Below are positions 9,204 through 20,795 of a stretch of DNA of 64,000 bases, one piece after another (position 1 is the first letter of the stretch; every line of letters begins with the position of its first letter). Where the stretch lies: positions 3,872,001 to 3,936,000 of the forward strand of contig OZ244621.1 of the NCBI GenBank assembly GCA_965218425.1. Direction: 5' to 3'. This DNA is from an uncultured Candidatus Binatia bacterium (GTDB taxonomy: Bacteria; Desulfobacterota; Binatia; UBA9968; CAXXLF01). A program made the position numbers and the translations under genes. Below the pieces are notes generated by a model, which had not been told where the DNA came from, did no database searches, and saw only the letters and a list, made by a program, of their open reading frames with translations.

Positions 9204-10919
9204 TCACCGTTGACGGCCGGCGTTCCGGCCTTGCTGCTGTGCCTTTTCGATCTTAGCCCACGTATCACGTAAGGATACGATTCGGTTAAATATCGGCGCT
9301 CCTTTAATCGAATCGACCGAATCCACACAGAAGTATCCGAGGCGCTCGAATTGGAAACGCTCACCTATTTTAGCGTTTGCCAAACCGGGTTCCACCGGAC
9401 ACTCGGACAGGGTCTCCAGAGAATTGGGATTTAATTGCTGCTTCCAGTCAGTCCCTTCGGGCACGTTGTCCGGATCCGACTGTAAAAAGAGGTGATCGTA
9501 AAGACGGAACTCTACCTTAACGGCGTGCGGAGCGGAGACCCAGTGGATGGTGCCTTTGACCTTACGCCCGCTGGTTGCCGAGCCGCTCTTTGTCTCGGGA
9601 TCGAAAGTGCAGTGCACGACCGTCACTTCACCGGTCTTGGAATCCTTCTCCACACTGACGCATTTGATGATGTAAGCGTAACGCAAACGCACTTCCCGCC
9701 CCGGTGACAGTCGGAAGAACTGCTTGGGAGGGTCCTCGTGAAAATCATCCTGCTCAATGTAAAGTTCACGGGAAAAAGGGACCTTCCGCATCCCTTTAGA
9801 GAGGTCTTCCGGGTTGTTCACGGCCTCCAGCTCTTCAACCTGTCCTTGCGGATAATTATCAAGGATGACTTGAAGGGGTTGCAAAACACCCATCACCCGC
9901 GACGCGGTTTGATTCAATTCTTCGCGAACGCAGTGTTCGAGAAAAGCGATATCGACCGTACTGTTCTTTTTGGCAACGCCGATGCGCTCGCAAAAGCTTC
10001 GAATGGACCCGGGTGTGTACCCACGGCGCCTCAGGCCTGCCAGTGTGGGCATTCGCGGGTCGTCCCAACCTGTTACATGTTTCTCCTCCACCATCTGCAA
10101 CAATTTACGTTTACTCAAGACCGTATAATTCAGGTTGAGCCGGGCAAACTCGATCTGCTGCGGATGGTGAATCTTCAGTTGATTGAGGAACCAATCGTAC
10201 AAAGGTCGATGGTCTTCAAATTCGAGGGTGCAGATCGAATGCGTAATTCCTTCAATGGAATCCGACTGCCCATGGGCAAAATCATAGGTCGGGTAGATAC
10301 ACCACTGATCCCCCGTTCGGTGGTGGGTCGCGTGTAATATCCGATACATGACCGGATCACGCATATTCAAGTTGGGGGACGCCATGTCGATCTTGGCTCG
10401 CAGGGTCCGGGAACCGTCCGGGGCCTTCCCTCCTCGCATACTCTGGAACAGATTCAGGTTCTCCTCCACGGATCGGTCACGATAGGGGCTGTTCCTCCCC
10501 GGCTCAGTCAAGGTCCCTCGGTACTCCCGGATCTCATCCGCGCTCAAATCACACACGAACGCCTTACCGGCCTCAATTAATTGCAAAGCGAACTGGTAGA
10601 GCTGTTCGAAGTATCCTGAGGCATAATACTCCCTGTCACCCCAATCGAAGCCAAGCCAGCGGACGTCCTCCTTGATCGACTCGACGTACTCGACGGCTTC
10701 CTTGTTGGGGTTGGTGTCATCGAAGCGCAGGTTACACAAACCCTTGAACTCTGAAGCGATGCCGAAATTGAGACAGATGGATTTTGCGTGCCCGATGTGC
10801 AGGTAACCGTTGGGTTCCGGTGGGAAGCGGGTATGGACTTGCCCGTCGTTCTTGCCAGCGCTTAAATCATCCAAAATGATGTTACGAATAAAGTGTGACG
10901 CAGTCTCGCTTTTGCTCAT
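9204..10919 (-). CDS. glnS: Glutaminyl-tRNA synthetase
   Basis: [49 protein letters not shown]. Confidence 0.97.
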   Translation of the reverse strand: MSKSETASHFIRNIILDDLSAGKNDGQVHTRFPPEPNGYLHIGHAKSICLNFGIASEFKGLCNLRFDDTNPNKEAVEYVESIKEDVRWLGFDWGDREYYASGYFEQLYQFALQLIEAGKAFVCDLSADEIREYRGTLTEPGRNSPYRDRSVEENLNLFQSMRGGKAPDGSRTLRAKIDMASPNLNMRDPVMYRILHATHHRTGDQWCIYPTYDFAHGQSDSIEGITHSICTLEFEDHRPLYDWFLNQLKIHHPQQIEFARLNLNYTVLSKRKLLQMVEEKHVTGWDDPRMPTLAGLRRRGYTPGSIRSFCERIGVAKKNSTVDIAFLEHCVREELNQTASRVMGVLQPLQVILDNYPQGQVEELEAVNNPEDLSKGMRKVPFSRELYIEQDDFHEDPPKQFFRLSPGREVRLRYAYIIKCVSVEKDSKTGEVTVVHCTFDPETKSGSATSGRKVKGTIHWVSAPHAVKVEFRLYDHLFLQSDPDNVPEGTDWKQQLNPNSLETLSECPVEPGLANAKIGERFQFERLGYFCVDSVDSIKGAPIFNRIVSLRDTWAKIEKAQQQGRNAGRQR

Positions 10920-10977
10920 TTCACCTGGGCCTTCTGGTCGCAAATATATCATATTTTAACAAATCAGGAGCCTTTTC

Positions 10978-11300
10978 TAATGTTGACTGAAATTGCCCTT
11001 GGCGCGAGGGCTGAGAGATTCGCTGAGCGGAACTGGACGGAGCAGCGGGCTACCCACCGAGGTCTGCGACGCATGAAAGCCGGAGTCCGCACACGGCGAA
11101 TCTGAGATCCGGAAGGTTCGTGCGAGCGCGGGCCCGGCGGGTCGCTGCGGAGTCCCGTGAAGTGAAGCGAGCCCGAAGCCCATCAGAAAGAGAGAATGCA
11201 TGGGACCCAATCGGCGCTCCATATCAGAGGACACTCTCGCGGAAGTGTTCACCAGCCTTTTTAACGGAAAGCGTTTCCGTCGTTGACTGTATCCCCATCT
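10978..11300 (+). ncRNA. Structured orphan element resembling an IS110-family non-coding end (candidate bridge RNA)
   Basis: No credible ORF. Nested stems 11016-11025/11094-11103 and 11027-11031/11086-11090 enclose large internal loops; second stem 11138-11146/11166-11175. Motif GAATGCATGGGACCC...CATATCAGAGGAC is recalled from IS110 ends (unverified). Confidence 0.45.
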
Positions 11301-11318
11301 TCCTGTTAATTTTTATTC

Positions 11319-12722
11319 ATGCCCCCCATATGCACCCGCTTCGCCCCTAGCCCTACGGGTTTTCTTCACATCGGCAATGCCAGGACCGCTTTGTTCAGCT
11401 TCCTGTTCGTGCGCCGACAAAACGGGCGTTTCCTCCTGCGCATCGACGATACCGACCGGCAGAGATTCGCCCAAGAGTATTTAGATGATATCTTCGATTC
11501 CCTGCAATGGCTGCACCTTGAGTGGGACGAGAAACCCTCCTTTCAGAGCCAAAAGCTGTCGGTCTATCGCGAAAAGATCGAAGAGTTGCTCCGGGCCGAC
11601 AGGGCCTATCGGTGCATCTGCGCACCGGAACAACTTGAAGTGAAGCGCAAGGCGGCAATGGCTGCGGGGAAAAAACCCATTTACGACGGCACATGCAGAA
11701 ACCATCCGCCTGAGATCGATGAAAAATCCCCCTTTACCATCCGCTTCAAGGCTCCCAGGGAGGGAGAAACAGCAGTCGAAGATCTCATCAAAGGCAAAGT
11801 CGTGTTCCAGAACCAGGAGCTGGACGATCTGATCATCCTGCGCTCGGACGGCATGCCCACATACAACTTCTGCTCAGTGGTAGACGATGCATCAATGAAC
11901 ATTACCCATATCGTCCGCGGCGATGACCACCTGGCCAATACTCCACGTCAGGTACTCCTCTTCCAGGCCCTGGGGGCGTCCCTGCCTATCTTCGCCCATC
12001 TCCCCCTTATATTCGGCGCTGACCGCACCCCTTTGAGCAAGCGACACGGCGTCACCTCCGTACGCAGCTACCGCGAGATGGGGTACCTGCCGGAAGCACT
12101 GGTGAATTTTCTGGTTCGTTTGGGCTGGTCGTCTAGGGACCGGGAGGTCTTTACCCGGGATGAGCTCATGAGAGACTTTCGACTCGAAGATGTGGGGAAA
12201 TCACCCGGTGTATTCAACGCCGAGAAACTCCTCTGGCTCAACGCTCACTATATCAAAGAACGTTCCTTGCCCCAGCTCGCGCAGGAAGTTCGACCTTTCA
12301 TCGACCGAAAGGGCTACACCCTTAACCGTGACGCTGCTTGGTTGGAAAAGATGGTGGCGACGCTACAACCGCGTGCCAAAACGCTCACGGAGTTGGTGGA
12401 TACGGCCCACTTTTATCTCAGGGATGACATCCCTATGGATCCCAAAGACAGGGCCAAGTTTCTTACCCCAAATATTAAACCTGTCCTCACCACTTTAAGG
12501 GAACGGCTAGCAGAGCTCCAATTCTGGGAACTCACTGCAATCCAAGGCGCATTCGAGAAGGTTATGGGTGAAACTCACCTCGGGTTGGGCAAAATTGCCC
12601 AGCCGGTTCGAGTAGCACTCACCGGCGGGACCGCAAGCCCCGGAATCTTCGAGGTTATGGAAGTACTAGGAAGGGATCGCACACTGTCTCGTCTCGATCG
12701 GTCAGTCCCATTTTTCCTGTAA
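11319..12722 (+). CDS. gltX: Glutamyl-tRNA synthetase
   Basis: TRFAPSPTGFLHIGNAR, RGDDHLANTPRQ, PLSKRHG, RVALTGGTASPGIFE. Confidence 0.97.
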   Translation: MPPICTRFAPSPTGFLHIGNARTALFSFLFVRRQNGRFLLRIDDTDRQRFAQEYLDDIFDSLQWLHLEWDEKPSFQSQKLSVYREKIEELLRADRAYRCICAPEQLEVKRKAAMAAGKKPIYDGTCRNHPPEIDEKSPFTIRFKAPREGETAVEDLIKGKVVFQNQELDDLIILRSDGMPTYNFCSVVDDASMNITHIVRGDDHLANTPRQVLLFQALGASLPIFAHLPLIFGADRTPLSKRHGVTSVRSYREMGYLPEALVNFLVRLGWSSRDREVFTRDELMRDFRLEDVGKSPGVFNAEKLLWLNAHYIKERSLPQLAQEVRPFIDRKGYTLNRDAAWLEKMVATLQPRAKTLTELVDTAHFYLRDDIPMDPKDRAKFLTPNIKPVLTTLRERLAELQFWELTAIQGAFEKVMGETHLGLGKIAQPVRVALTGGTASPGIFEVMEVLGRDRTLSRLDRSVPFFL

Positions 12723-12761
12723 AAGGCTGAGGCGTTGGATATCCTCTTTTCCACACTGGTT

Positions 12762-13003
12762 CTCCATGTATCAATGGTGGTCTTGCAGCGGCCGAACAGA
12801 TTGTCCGCCATGGTTGCAAGACTCATAATATGATCCAATTGCACGTGAGTGATCAGAATATTCCTGATCTTCTGCTGCCCTTCCAGGTCCAATACAGCCG
12901 CTGTTGAACCGGCGTCGATCAGCAAAGTGCTGTGCAGCAAGTAACTGGACAGATTGTGCCCTGGGACTTGGCCTCCCGAACATCCTATGACTTCGAATTT
13001 CAT
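12762..13003 (-). pseudogene. Truncated metallo-beta-lactamase-fold cyclic-nucleotide phosphodiesterase (class II-like)
   Basis: MKFEVIGCSGG...LLIDAG...ILITHVQLDHI; only about 80 aa before running into the gltX 3' end. Confidence 0.65.
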
Positions 13004-13041
13004 CTGCATCCAATATCAGTCAGATTTTACTTGTGTCACTG

Positions 13042-13350
13042 TTAATACACCTCTGATTTCCCACTCACTTCGATGTCGTGCTCGCTCAAGATATCTGGAC
13101 AGTAGACAATCAGGGAGCCTTCCCGACCAGCCACCTTCACATGACGTAAGGCTTTCAAGGGCATTTTTTCCATGACCTCCGAGGCGGTGAATTCACTGAT
13201 GAGCATTGGCACGCCCATTTTTTTTGGTTAAAGCCTCCAACCTCGAAGCCAGGTTTACTGTATCACCAATAGCCGTAAAGTCCGAACGGACCTCTGAGCC
13301 GATGCTACCAAGGACCGTATCCCCCGTATTAATTCCTACTCCAATTTTGA
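13042..13350 (-). pseudogene. C-terminal fragment of a class III adenylate/guanylate cyclase
   Basis: [38 protein letters not shown]; frameshift in an A-run, then GVPMLISE...VKVAGR. Confidence 0.8.
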
Positions 13351-13878
13351 GCTGGGCTCCCAGTTCTCTTTGGTTGATGAGCCATTTCTTCGACTTGTAC
13401 ACGAATTCAATGGGGTCTTCGATGGTAATCACATGACCCTCAAACTCGGCATTGATATAATCGATTATGGCCGCCAAGGTGGTGGACTTTCCCGAACCTG
13501 TGGGGCCCGTTACCAAAATCAATCCCTTTTCCTTGAGGCATAGCTCTTTAGCGACACTTGGCATCCCCAACTGTTCCAACCTAAAAACATTGGCAGGAAT
13601 TGTACGGAATACGGCAGCCTCTCCCAGCCGTTGCATAACGGGCTATGTCACCCATCTCAAATGAAAAATCAAACTCGAAGGTCTCTTCAAAGATCCTGCG
13701 CTAGGCATCGTTCATGATGTCGTAAGGCATGATTATGGACCTGTTCCCGGTTTAAGACGGGGTGATCCAGTCTCTTCAGGTCGCCGTTAATATGAAACAG
13801 CGAGGGTTTACCTGAACTGATATGACAATCCGAGGCGCCCTGTTTAACCCCGAACCCAAGTAGCTATGCAACGCCCAT
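13351..13878 (-). pseudogene. pilT: Type IV pilus retraction ATPase, N-terminal remnant
   Basis: RBS AAGGAGG; MGVA*LLGFGVKQGASDCHISSG..., [43 protein letters not shown]; stops and frameshifts. Confidence 0.8.
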
Positions 13879-14295
13879 TATGCCTCCTTTAAGATGCATG
13901 GAAAATAAGACAATTAAAGGGAGATACCGACCATTGTGAACGCAAACAGAATGCTACAACGAATTTCACGAACCCAATCGGTTAAGTGCCCTATTTGCAA
14001 TCAATCGAGCCAGGATAAATCGCAAATGAGAATAGATCAGGGTGCGGTGAAGGCAGCTCATTGCCCGAATTTGACAATAAGCGCTTTTATTTTTTGCCCT
14101 TTTGCTCAAAAACTGCTAGCTTTCGCTTCTAGAAATTGAATTAGATTAATCCCATCAGTTAACATGGGACTTGGAATCGGAAGTGGCAGTCGCCATGTTG
14201 AAGAACGCTGTAGCCGAGACATCATAGACCTCGCAATCAATCATAGTGGCAGGCAAGCAAATATCGTTCATGCCGGGTGCAGGACGGTATTATGT

Positions 14296-14680
14296 ATGAA
14301 CATTCGTGAACTCAAGGCCGTTTCCCAAGAGTTACGAAAATATATCATTCGGACGTTGGTGGTGGCAGGCTCCGGCTGGCAGGTCAGTATTCTAGCCACC
14401 GGTGGGATTATAGAAAATTCCGTCAAAGCAGGAGTTGAATTAAAGCGAAGGGGAATCGATGCCGAAGTGATGAACATTCACACCCTTAAACCCATAGACG
14501 AAGAGCTGATCGCCGACAGGTCCAAGAGCCATGGGAAATTCGTTGCAGTAAAAGACTATGGAATTACGGGGGGGCTTGAGAGGGCGGTGGCGGATTTGGG
14601 ACGGGGTCAAGTCAAGCGCATTTGCGTACAAGATTTTAGTGAATCAGGTGACGTGGGCTATGCAAAAAATATGGTCAATC
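14296..14680 (+). pseudogene. Collapsed transketolase (N-subunit start fused to C-terminal domain)
   Basis: ELKAVSQELRKYIIRTLVVAGSG joined directly to VSILATG...GIDAEVMNIHTLKPIDEELI...GGL. Confidence 0.65.
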
Positions 14681-14814
14681 ACAAGAAAACATTGCTGAAA
14701 AAATCCTTGAGCTATTTCAATATCAGTACCCCCACCCCGCTCAAGTATAATCTCGGCTCGCACAACTATGACTCTCTTACCTCTTAGGGTCTGGCAAGAC
14801 TACCATCAATTCAT

Positions 14815-16138
14815 ATGGCTGAGACGAAAGGCATATCCACCTCCACACAACGAGGGAGCTAGTCCAGTGTCATCGGATTTGTGCTCGCCGCCATCGGCTC
14901 TGCCATCGGGCTGGGAAACGTATGGCGATTTCCTTACATTACGGGTCAGTACGGAGGGGGAGCTTTTGTCCTTATTTATATTGCGTGTGTTCTTGCCGTA
15001 GGCATTCCTATTATGCTGGCAGAGCTCCACATCGGGAGGAAAACACAGCGTAATTGCGTGGGAGCGTTCAGAAACCTTAGACCTCGGTCTCCTTGGGTGG
15101 TTACCGGTTGGCTTGGGGTCGTAAGTGATTTTGTAATTCTTTCTTTCTAAGGGGTGGTGGGTGGATGGGTCCTTCACTACATCTTCCTTTCCATCCGCAA
15201 TGGATTTGTGGGTCACTCCCCCGAAGAGGTTTCCAGCATGTTTGCCGCCCTCGCGGCAAGTCCCGTCCATCAAATTATCGGCCACACGCTATTCATGATA
15301 GTGACCATTAGTATTGTTGCCGGCGGAATCCATCGTGGAATCGAGCGCAGCAATAAAGTTATGATGCCAGCCCTTTTTCTCCTTCTATGCGCCTTGCTGG
15401 TCTATTCATTACAGACGGAGAGAGCCATGGCCGGGGTGGATTTTCTTTTGCATCCACGATGGGGCCAGCCGGGATCTTAGAAGCCCTTGGCCAAGCCTTT
15501 TTTCCCTGAGTTTGGATATGGGGGCCATGATTACCTATAGCAGTTATCTAAGCCGGGAAACCAATCTTGTGCGCGCGTCCTTCTATGTGGCCTTGGGAGA
15601 TACATCGGTGGCCATCCTAGCTGGATTCGTAATCTTTCCGTTGGTATTCACCTTCCAACTGGAACCCGGAGGCGGCCCGGGGCTCATATTTCAAACGCTC
15701 CCCATCGCATTCTCCCAACTGCCCGCAGGCATAATTGTAGGAATCGCCTTTTTCATTTTACTCGCGTTTGCAGCTTTGACTTCGGCCATCTCCCTGCTGG
15801 AGGTTGTGGTGGCTTATTTCATTGACGAGCAGGGATGGAGTCGACCAAAAACCACTTGGCTCATGGGCACAATCATTTTTGCATGTGGCGTTCCCTCAGC
15901 CATCTGGCAAAATGTATTCGGCATGATGGATCAACTGGCCACAAATTACCTTCTGCCTTTTGGAGCTTTTCTTATCGCCCTGTTCGCTGGATGGGTTCTC
16001 ACCAAGCGCGAACGGCTCGCGGAATTCGAGCTAAATGAGATTCGTACGTCAACTTACTTGGGGTGGACCTTTCTCATCCGATACGTTAGCCCGGTGGCTG
16101 TAGCGGTCATCTTTTTACACCTGTTGGGTTTGTTTTGA
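14815..16138 (+). pseudogene. Sodium-dependent NSS/SNF-family transporter, disrupted
   Basis: [28 protein letters not shown]...GGGAF, GPGLIFQTLP, AALTSAISLLE; stops at 14860 and 15148, frameshift near 15480. Confidence 0.88.
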
Positions 16139-16250
16139 GGGCTACCGCAACCTCACATGAAATCTTAATCCTAACTCATCCCCTGCATTGCCCCAAGGAC
16201 AAAAAATGTTCAACGCGGCGGGTATTTCTGTAGATAGTAAGACCTGTAGA

Positions 16251-17120
16251 TTAGATGCGCTCTTCCCCGCCCGAAAACCAGGTGTATCGTAACAGTAAAC
16301 TAAACAGGATAATCGCACCTCCAATAGTTGTCGGGGCAGAGGGGATCTCACCCACTACCCATGCCACCCAGAGAGGGTTGAGCACTGGCTCCACGAGCAC
16401 AAGAAGGGAGGCCTCCTGAAGAGCAATCTTCTCCAGGCCCTTGGAAAAGAGAAAGTATGGTATGCCTAACTGAACGACACCCATTACCGCCAGGGCCAGG
16501 AGTTCTCCTCCAAAAGGAATGGGTTGGAAAATCATGAAGGGGATAAGGATAATTGAACAAACCAGGTTGTTCATGAAAGTTACCATCAGGGGATCAAAAC
16601 CCGACAAAAATCGGAGGTTCAGCATATAGATAGCGAAAAAAAAACCACTCAAGACGGCCACTGATACTCCCCACAGGTCCTCCCCTCCGCTGCTACCACT
16701 GAATATGACAGTTACACCGAGCATGGACAAAACTAGAGTCATAAGGTTTACCTTGGAGATGGGTTCACTGAATAACAAACGAACGAATAGAAAAACGAAT
16801 ATGGGGGCGGTGTATTGCAAAACAATTGCATTGGCCGCAGAGGTGAACTTATTGCTTAAGACAAAGAAAGTTAAAGCTGCCGTGTAGCTGGAAACCGAGA
16901 TTAAGAGATGAAAGGATGATTTCCACCTTCCCCGCCTAAGGAAACACATGAAAAACAGAGAAGCAAAAAGGCTGCGGTAAAAGACAATAACAAGGGCCGG
17001 AAGTTCCAGCGACTTGATGAATATTCCCGCGAGACTCCAGAGCAATCCCGCCAGGAAAATGATTATTCGACCTTGATTGACGTTAGATATTTGATGCCAT
17101 GATTCTATCCTGCGAGCCAT
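16251..17120 (-). CDS. EamA/DMT-family transporter
   Basis: About 10 hydrophobic segments; TSAANAIVLQYTAPIFV, LVEPVLNPLWV. Confidence 0.85.
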   Translation of the reverse strand: MARRIESWHQISNVNQGRIIIFLAGLLWSLAGIFIKSLELPALVIVFYRSLFASLFFMCFLRRGRWKSSFHLLISVSSYTAALTFFVLSNKFTSAANAIVLQYTAPIFVFLFVRLLFSEPISKVNLMTLVLSMLGVTVIFSGSSGGEDLWGVSVAVLSGFFFAIYMLNLRFLSGFDPLMVTFMNNLVCSIILIPFMIFQPIPFGGELLALAVMGVVQLGIPYFLFSKGLEKIALQEASLLVLVEPVLNPLWVAWVVGEIPSAPTTIGGAIILFSLLLRYTWFSGGEERI

Positions 17121-17385
17121 GGTTCATCCCATCTGAATTTTTTTCTTCCAGAAGATACTAAAAGATTTACGTCCATTAGAGCAATGCGCTGGTCTTTTGC
17201 CTTCTGCTAAATCCGGGATCCATGGTGGGGTTCCTTAATGGCAATGGATACGAGGACTTCTTTTTATCTTAAAAAGGGGGAAAGGCAAGACTGAAGGCTC
17301 TGCAGATACAAATCACGGCCGCCGAAAGGGTTTCAAGCTAGACCTTCGAGCTTAAATAGGCTTGAAACAGGTGCTTGACTCGTCC

Positions 17386-18571
17386 TGACCTGCCCCCCTT
17401 GATTGTCCTCACCTGGAGGGTAGTCTTTGACCCAAGAGGAGGGGGACGCATGCGCAGGAGCCGATTCAGCGAACAACAGATCATCGGGAAACTGAAGGAG
17501 CACCAGGCGAGACTGGGGGTGGCGGAGCTGTGTCGCAAGCACGGCATCAGTGAGGCGACGTTTTACAAGTGGCGCTCGAAGTAGGGCGGGCTGGAGGTGT
17601 CTGAGGCGAAACGGCTTCGGAACCTGGAAGCGCAGAACACCAAGCTGAAGCGCCTTTTGGCGGAAGCGATGCTGGACGTATCGACGCTTAAGGAGATGGT
17701 GGGAAAAGACTTCTGACGCCGGGGTCCAAGAGAGAAGCCGTGGACTGGGCGATGAAGGAAGGGGGCCACTCACAGCGGCGGGCTTGCGCTCTGGTGGACA
17801 TTGAGCCGCGGGTGTAGCGGTATCGGTCGATGAGACCAGATGACGGGGAGCTACGGCAGAGGCTGCGGGAGCTGGCGGCGGAACGGCGTCGGTTTGGGTA
17901 TCGGCGCCTGCACCTGTTGCTTTTGCGGGAGGGCGTGGTGTTGAATCGCAAGAAGCTCTACCGGCTCTACAAGGAGGAGAAGTTGGCGGTGCGCAAGAGG
18001 GTGCTTGGGAGCCGGGCGCCGATGACGATCCCGCAGGGGGCCAATCAGCGCTGGTCGGTGGACTTCGCATCCGACGCCCTGATCGACAGCCGGCATTTCG
18101 GTGTGCTCTGCGTCATCGACGACTTCACACGGGAGTGCCTGGCCACCATCGTCAGCAACTCCATCACCGGTGAGCGGGTTGCCACAGAGCTGGACAACAT
18201 TGCGCAATGGCGTGGTAATCCCTTGTTGGTGGTTTCCGACAACGGCACCGAGTTCACGTCCAATGCGATGCTACGATGGCAGCAGGGTCGCCGGGTAGAG
18301 TGGCACGACATCGCTCCAGGCAAGCCCATGCACAACGGGCTGGTCGAGAGCTTCATCGGGCCTCTGGGTGATGAATGCCTGAACGAGCACATGTTCACAA
18401 GCTAGCGCAAAGCCCGCGAGATCATCGAAGACTGGAGGGCCGACTACAACGCCAGGAGACCACACACGAGCCTCCACGGACTGACGCCGACGGAGTTTGC
18501 AATCCGGTCCCGATCGGAACACAGTGAAACACGGCTAACTTATACGTGAGGACAAAAAGGGGTGCAGGCCA
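17386..18571 (+). mobile_element. IS3-family (IS407 group) element, inactivated
   Basis: Ends TGACCTGCCCCCCTTGATTGTCCTCAC and GTGAGGACAAAAAGGGGTGCAGGCCA; OrfA MRRSRFSEQQII; Orf[26 protein letters not shown]; in-frame TAGs at 17582, 17815, 18403. Confidence 0.9.
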
Positions 18572-18986
18572 CATCCACAAGATTCAAAGCGATGGGACAA
18601 TGAGGATGAATTTTAGGGCTGAGGGGGCAATTGGGGCATCGACGATAAGACAACCGCGTCCATTCAGGAGCGGAAGACTTCCCCTGTGGAATCAGGAAGA
18701 GGGTTTCTCCATTCAGTCTGAGCTCGAATTCTCAAACGGTCTTATCCGAGAATGTAAACTGATACTCAATAAAGACTGATTCTTCTTCTAATCCTTTGTC
18801 CGCATTCACGATCCGTCTTGCTTCCAACTGTGAAGGTACATTTTCGATGGTACCACAGAGGGGCGGAGCAAGCGAGGAGGGATCAGGGTGGGGTTCCTAA
18901 GAAATGGTTCTAGGTAGCGATCCAGGCTGTTGGGAAAGAGTAAAATTCGTTGTGATGTCGATGGTGGCAAGAAAGGGGCAAAGTGT

Positions 18987-19451
18987 TTATTCCGAGGTTT
19001 GCGCTTCCTCTTCAGAAACCACTGTGACCTTGATACTCGCCGTCACATCGTTGGCTAAACGGATGGGAACTTCGTAGTCTCCAACGTTTTTAATGGGTTC
19101 CGTCAGATGAATTTTACGGCGCTCGATGCTGTGTCCCATTTCCTTGAGTGCTCTTTCAATATGGATATTGGTGACGGAACCAAAGAGCTTTCCCTCCTCG
19201 CCAACTCTAGCCGGAATCCTAAGGGACACAGCGGATAGTTTATCGCCCAGAGATTGCGCCGAAGACAAGGCACGTTCCCGCTTCCCTGCAATCACTCGCT
19301 TTTCATGTTCCAGGGCCTTTAGGTTTTTTTTGCTGGCAAGGAGAACCAATCCACGAGGCAAAAGATAGTTCCTGGCATATCCATCTTTGACTCGGACGAC
19401 GTCGCCCATCTTGCCAAGGTTAAAGATATCTTCCTTCAAAACCACTTCCAT
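18987..19451 (-). CDS. rplI: 50S ribosomal protein L9
   Basis: LGKMGDVVRVKDGYARNYLLP, GKLFGSVT. Confidence 0.97.
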   Translation of the reverse strand: MEVVLKEDIFNLGKMGDVVRVKDGYARNYLLPRGLVLLASKKNLKALEHEKRVIAGKRERALSSAQSLGDKLSAVSLRIPARVGEEGKLFGSVTNIHIERALKEMGHSIERRKIHLTEPIKNVGDYEVPIRLANDVTASIKVTVVSEEEAQTSE

Positions 19452-19462
19452 ATATTCCCCCC

Positions 19463-20443
19463 CTAGGAATCTTGCTCGGACATCTGGTCCTGATTCATAT
19501 CTCGATTCTTGAGCCGGCGAAAATCACCCCACAGATCAAACAGTCCAAGCCCCATCACGGCAAGGGTCACCAACTGCTCGAATGCAATGAGCGCGTATCC
19601 GATGCCTCGCAAGAAGAGAGGCACCCTCTTGTGATAAAAAAAATAGGCCACAATCGCCAAGCCTTGAAACAAGTAAAAGGGCGAAACGATGAGTAGGACA
19701 TTTAATGCAAGGGTATTAAGACCCCAGGCCGAGGGGAGAAAAAGACAAAAACCTGAAACGATAAAACACCATACCACCGGCTCTGGAGAACTCCATTCTT
19801 TCAAGTCCCCGAGTGAATAAAATGTGGCTCGGTGCTGCGGGAATCGATAGGAAAGGATCACGAGGTTAATGAGAATAATGGTTATAAAGCTCAAAAAGGT
19901 CAGGGCCGGCATAATCTGTAAGATGACATCAATGATCTGTGGCGAGCGCTCACGAGCCATTTCGAGGGTCTGTGGGGAAAATCCTGCTTGTTCATAAATC
20001 TTGAGTGAGAGATCCAAGTTTTCCCTTAGTGCATTTCCGGCCACCTCACGAAGCTGGGATAGGGGGCCAACTAGAACTAACATGAACGTATACAGCACAC
20101 AAAACATACCGGCCGCGGTGCCCACCACCACACGGTGGAGGGGCCACTCACGACCGAAAAAGTAAAAGAACAGCACCACCATGAAGGCGAGGAGTAAAAA
20201 CCCCACGGTAATCTCTCCCCCCCACAACAGAAACAGCGACACACTTACGGCGGACAGAACAGCAAAGGCTGGTCCCTTCCCGTATTTCACGCCGAAGGCA
20301 AGGCTTGGCTGAGGTACAAGGGGAATTAACAGGATTCCGGCCATGGGAATCACCAGTCCGGACATGAACAGAAAGAACGTTGCCGCCGCAGCGCCAATAA
20401 ATCTGATGGGGAGATTAATCCGATTCATCAGCGTTTCGGGCAT
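19463..20443 (-). CDS. DUF2232/YybS-family membrane protein
   Basis: Hydrophobic; FQGLAIV, GLFDLWGDFRR; conserved position between rpsR and rplI. Confidence 0.85.
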   Translation of the reverse strand: MPETLMNRINLPIRFIGAAAATFFLFMSGLVIPMAGILLIPLVPQPSLAFGVKYGKGPAFAVLSAVSVSLFLLWGGEITVGFLLLAFMVVLFFYFFGREWPLHRVVVGTAAGMFCVLYTFMLVLVGPLSQLREVAGNALRENLDLSLKIYEQAGFSPQTLEMARERSPQIIDVILQIMPALTFLSFITIILINLVILSYRFPQHRATFYSLGDLKEWSSPEPVVWCFIVSGFCLFLPSAWGLNTLALNVLLIVSPFYLFQGLAIVAYFFYHKRVPLFLRGIGYALIAFEQLVTLAVMGLGLFDLWGDFRRLKNRDMNQDQMSEQDS

Positions 20444-20445
20444 CC

Positions 20446-20733
20446 TCAATTCTTGGCAGTGGTAAACGGCAAGAGGGCTACAATCCTAGCCCTTTTGATG
20501 GCAATGGATAGACGGTGTTGGTGATGATTGCAGTTACCGGTGATTCGACTGGGAATAATCTTGCCCCTCTCGGAGATAAACTGTCCCAAGAGGCGGGTGT
20601 CCTTATAATCAATCTTGATATCTCTGTTCGAGCAAAAACGGCAGACCTTCCTGCCGCGACTCATGGGGCGCCGGCGCTGCGGTCGCCCTTCTTCATCCAT
20701 GCGATCTCGACTGTATCCTGATTCCATTGCCAT
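20446..20733 (-). CDS. rpsR: 30S ribosomal protein S18 (Zn-binding form)
   Basis: [29 protein letters not shown]. Confidence 0.97.
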   Translation of the reverse strand: MAMESGYSRDRMDEEGRPQRRRPMSRGRKVCRFCSNRDIKIDYKDTRLLGQFISERGKIIPSRITGNCNHHQHRLSIAIKRARIVALLPFTTAKN

Positions 20734-20795
20734 ATTATTCTGTCATTCTCCTTTTTTCATTTTCAGGCTACCAATGGTTATTTTTCGCTTGCCAA

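Noticed and set aside
10978..11300. T-box riboswitch or group II intron fragment
   Set aside because: No T-box bulge (TGGNACC) or terminator; no GUGYG start or domain V recognised.
13193..13636. Novel functional PilT-cyclase fusion protein
   Set aside because: Both domains are partial and flanked by stops and frameshifts; it is a deletion scar.
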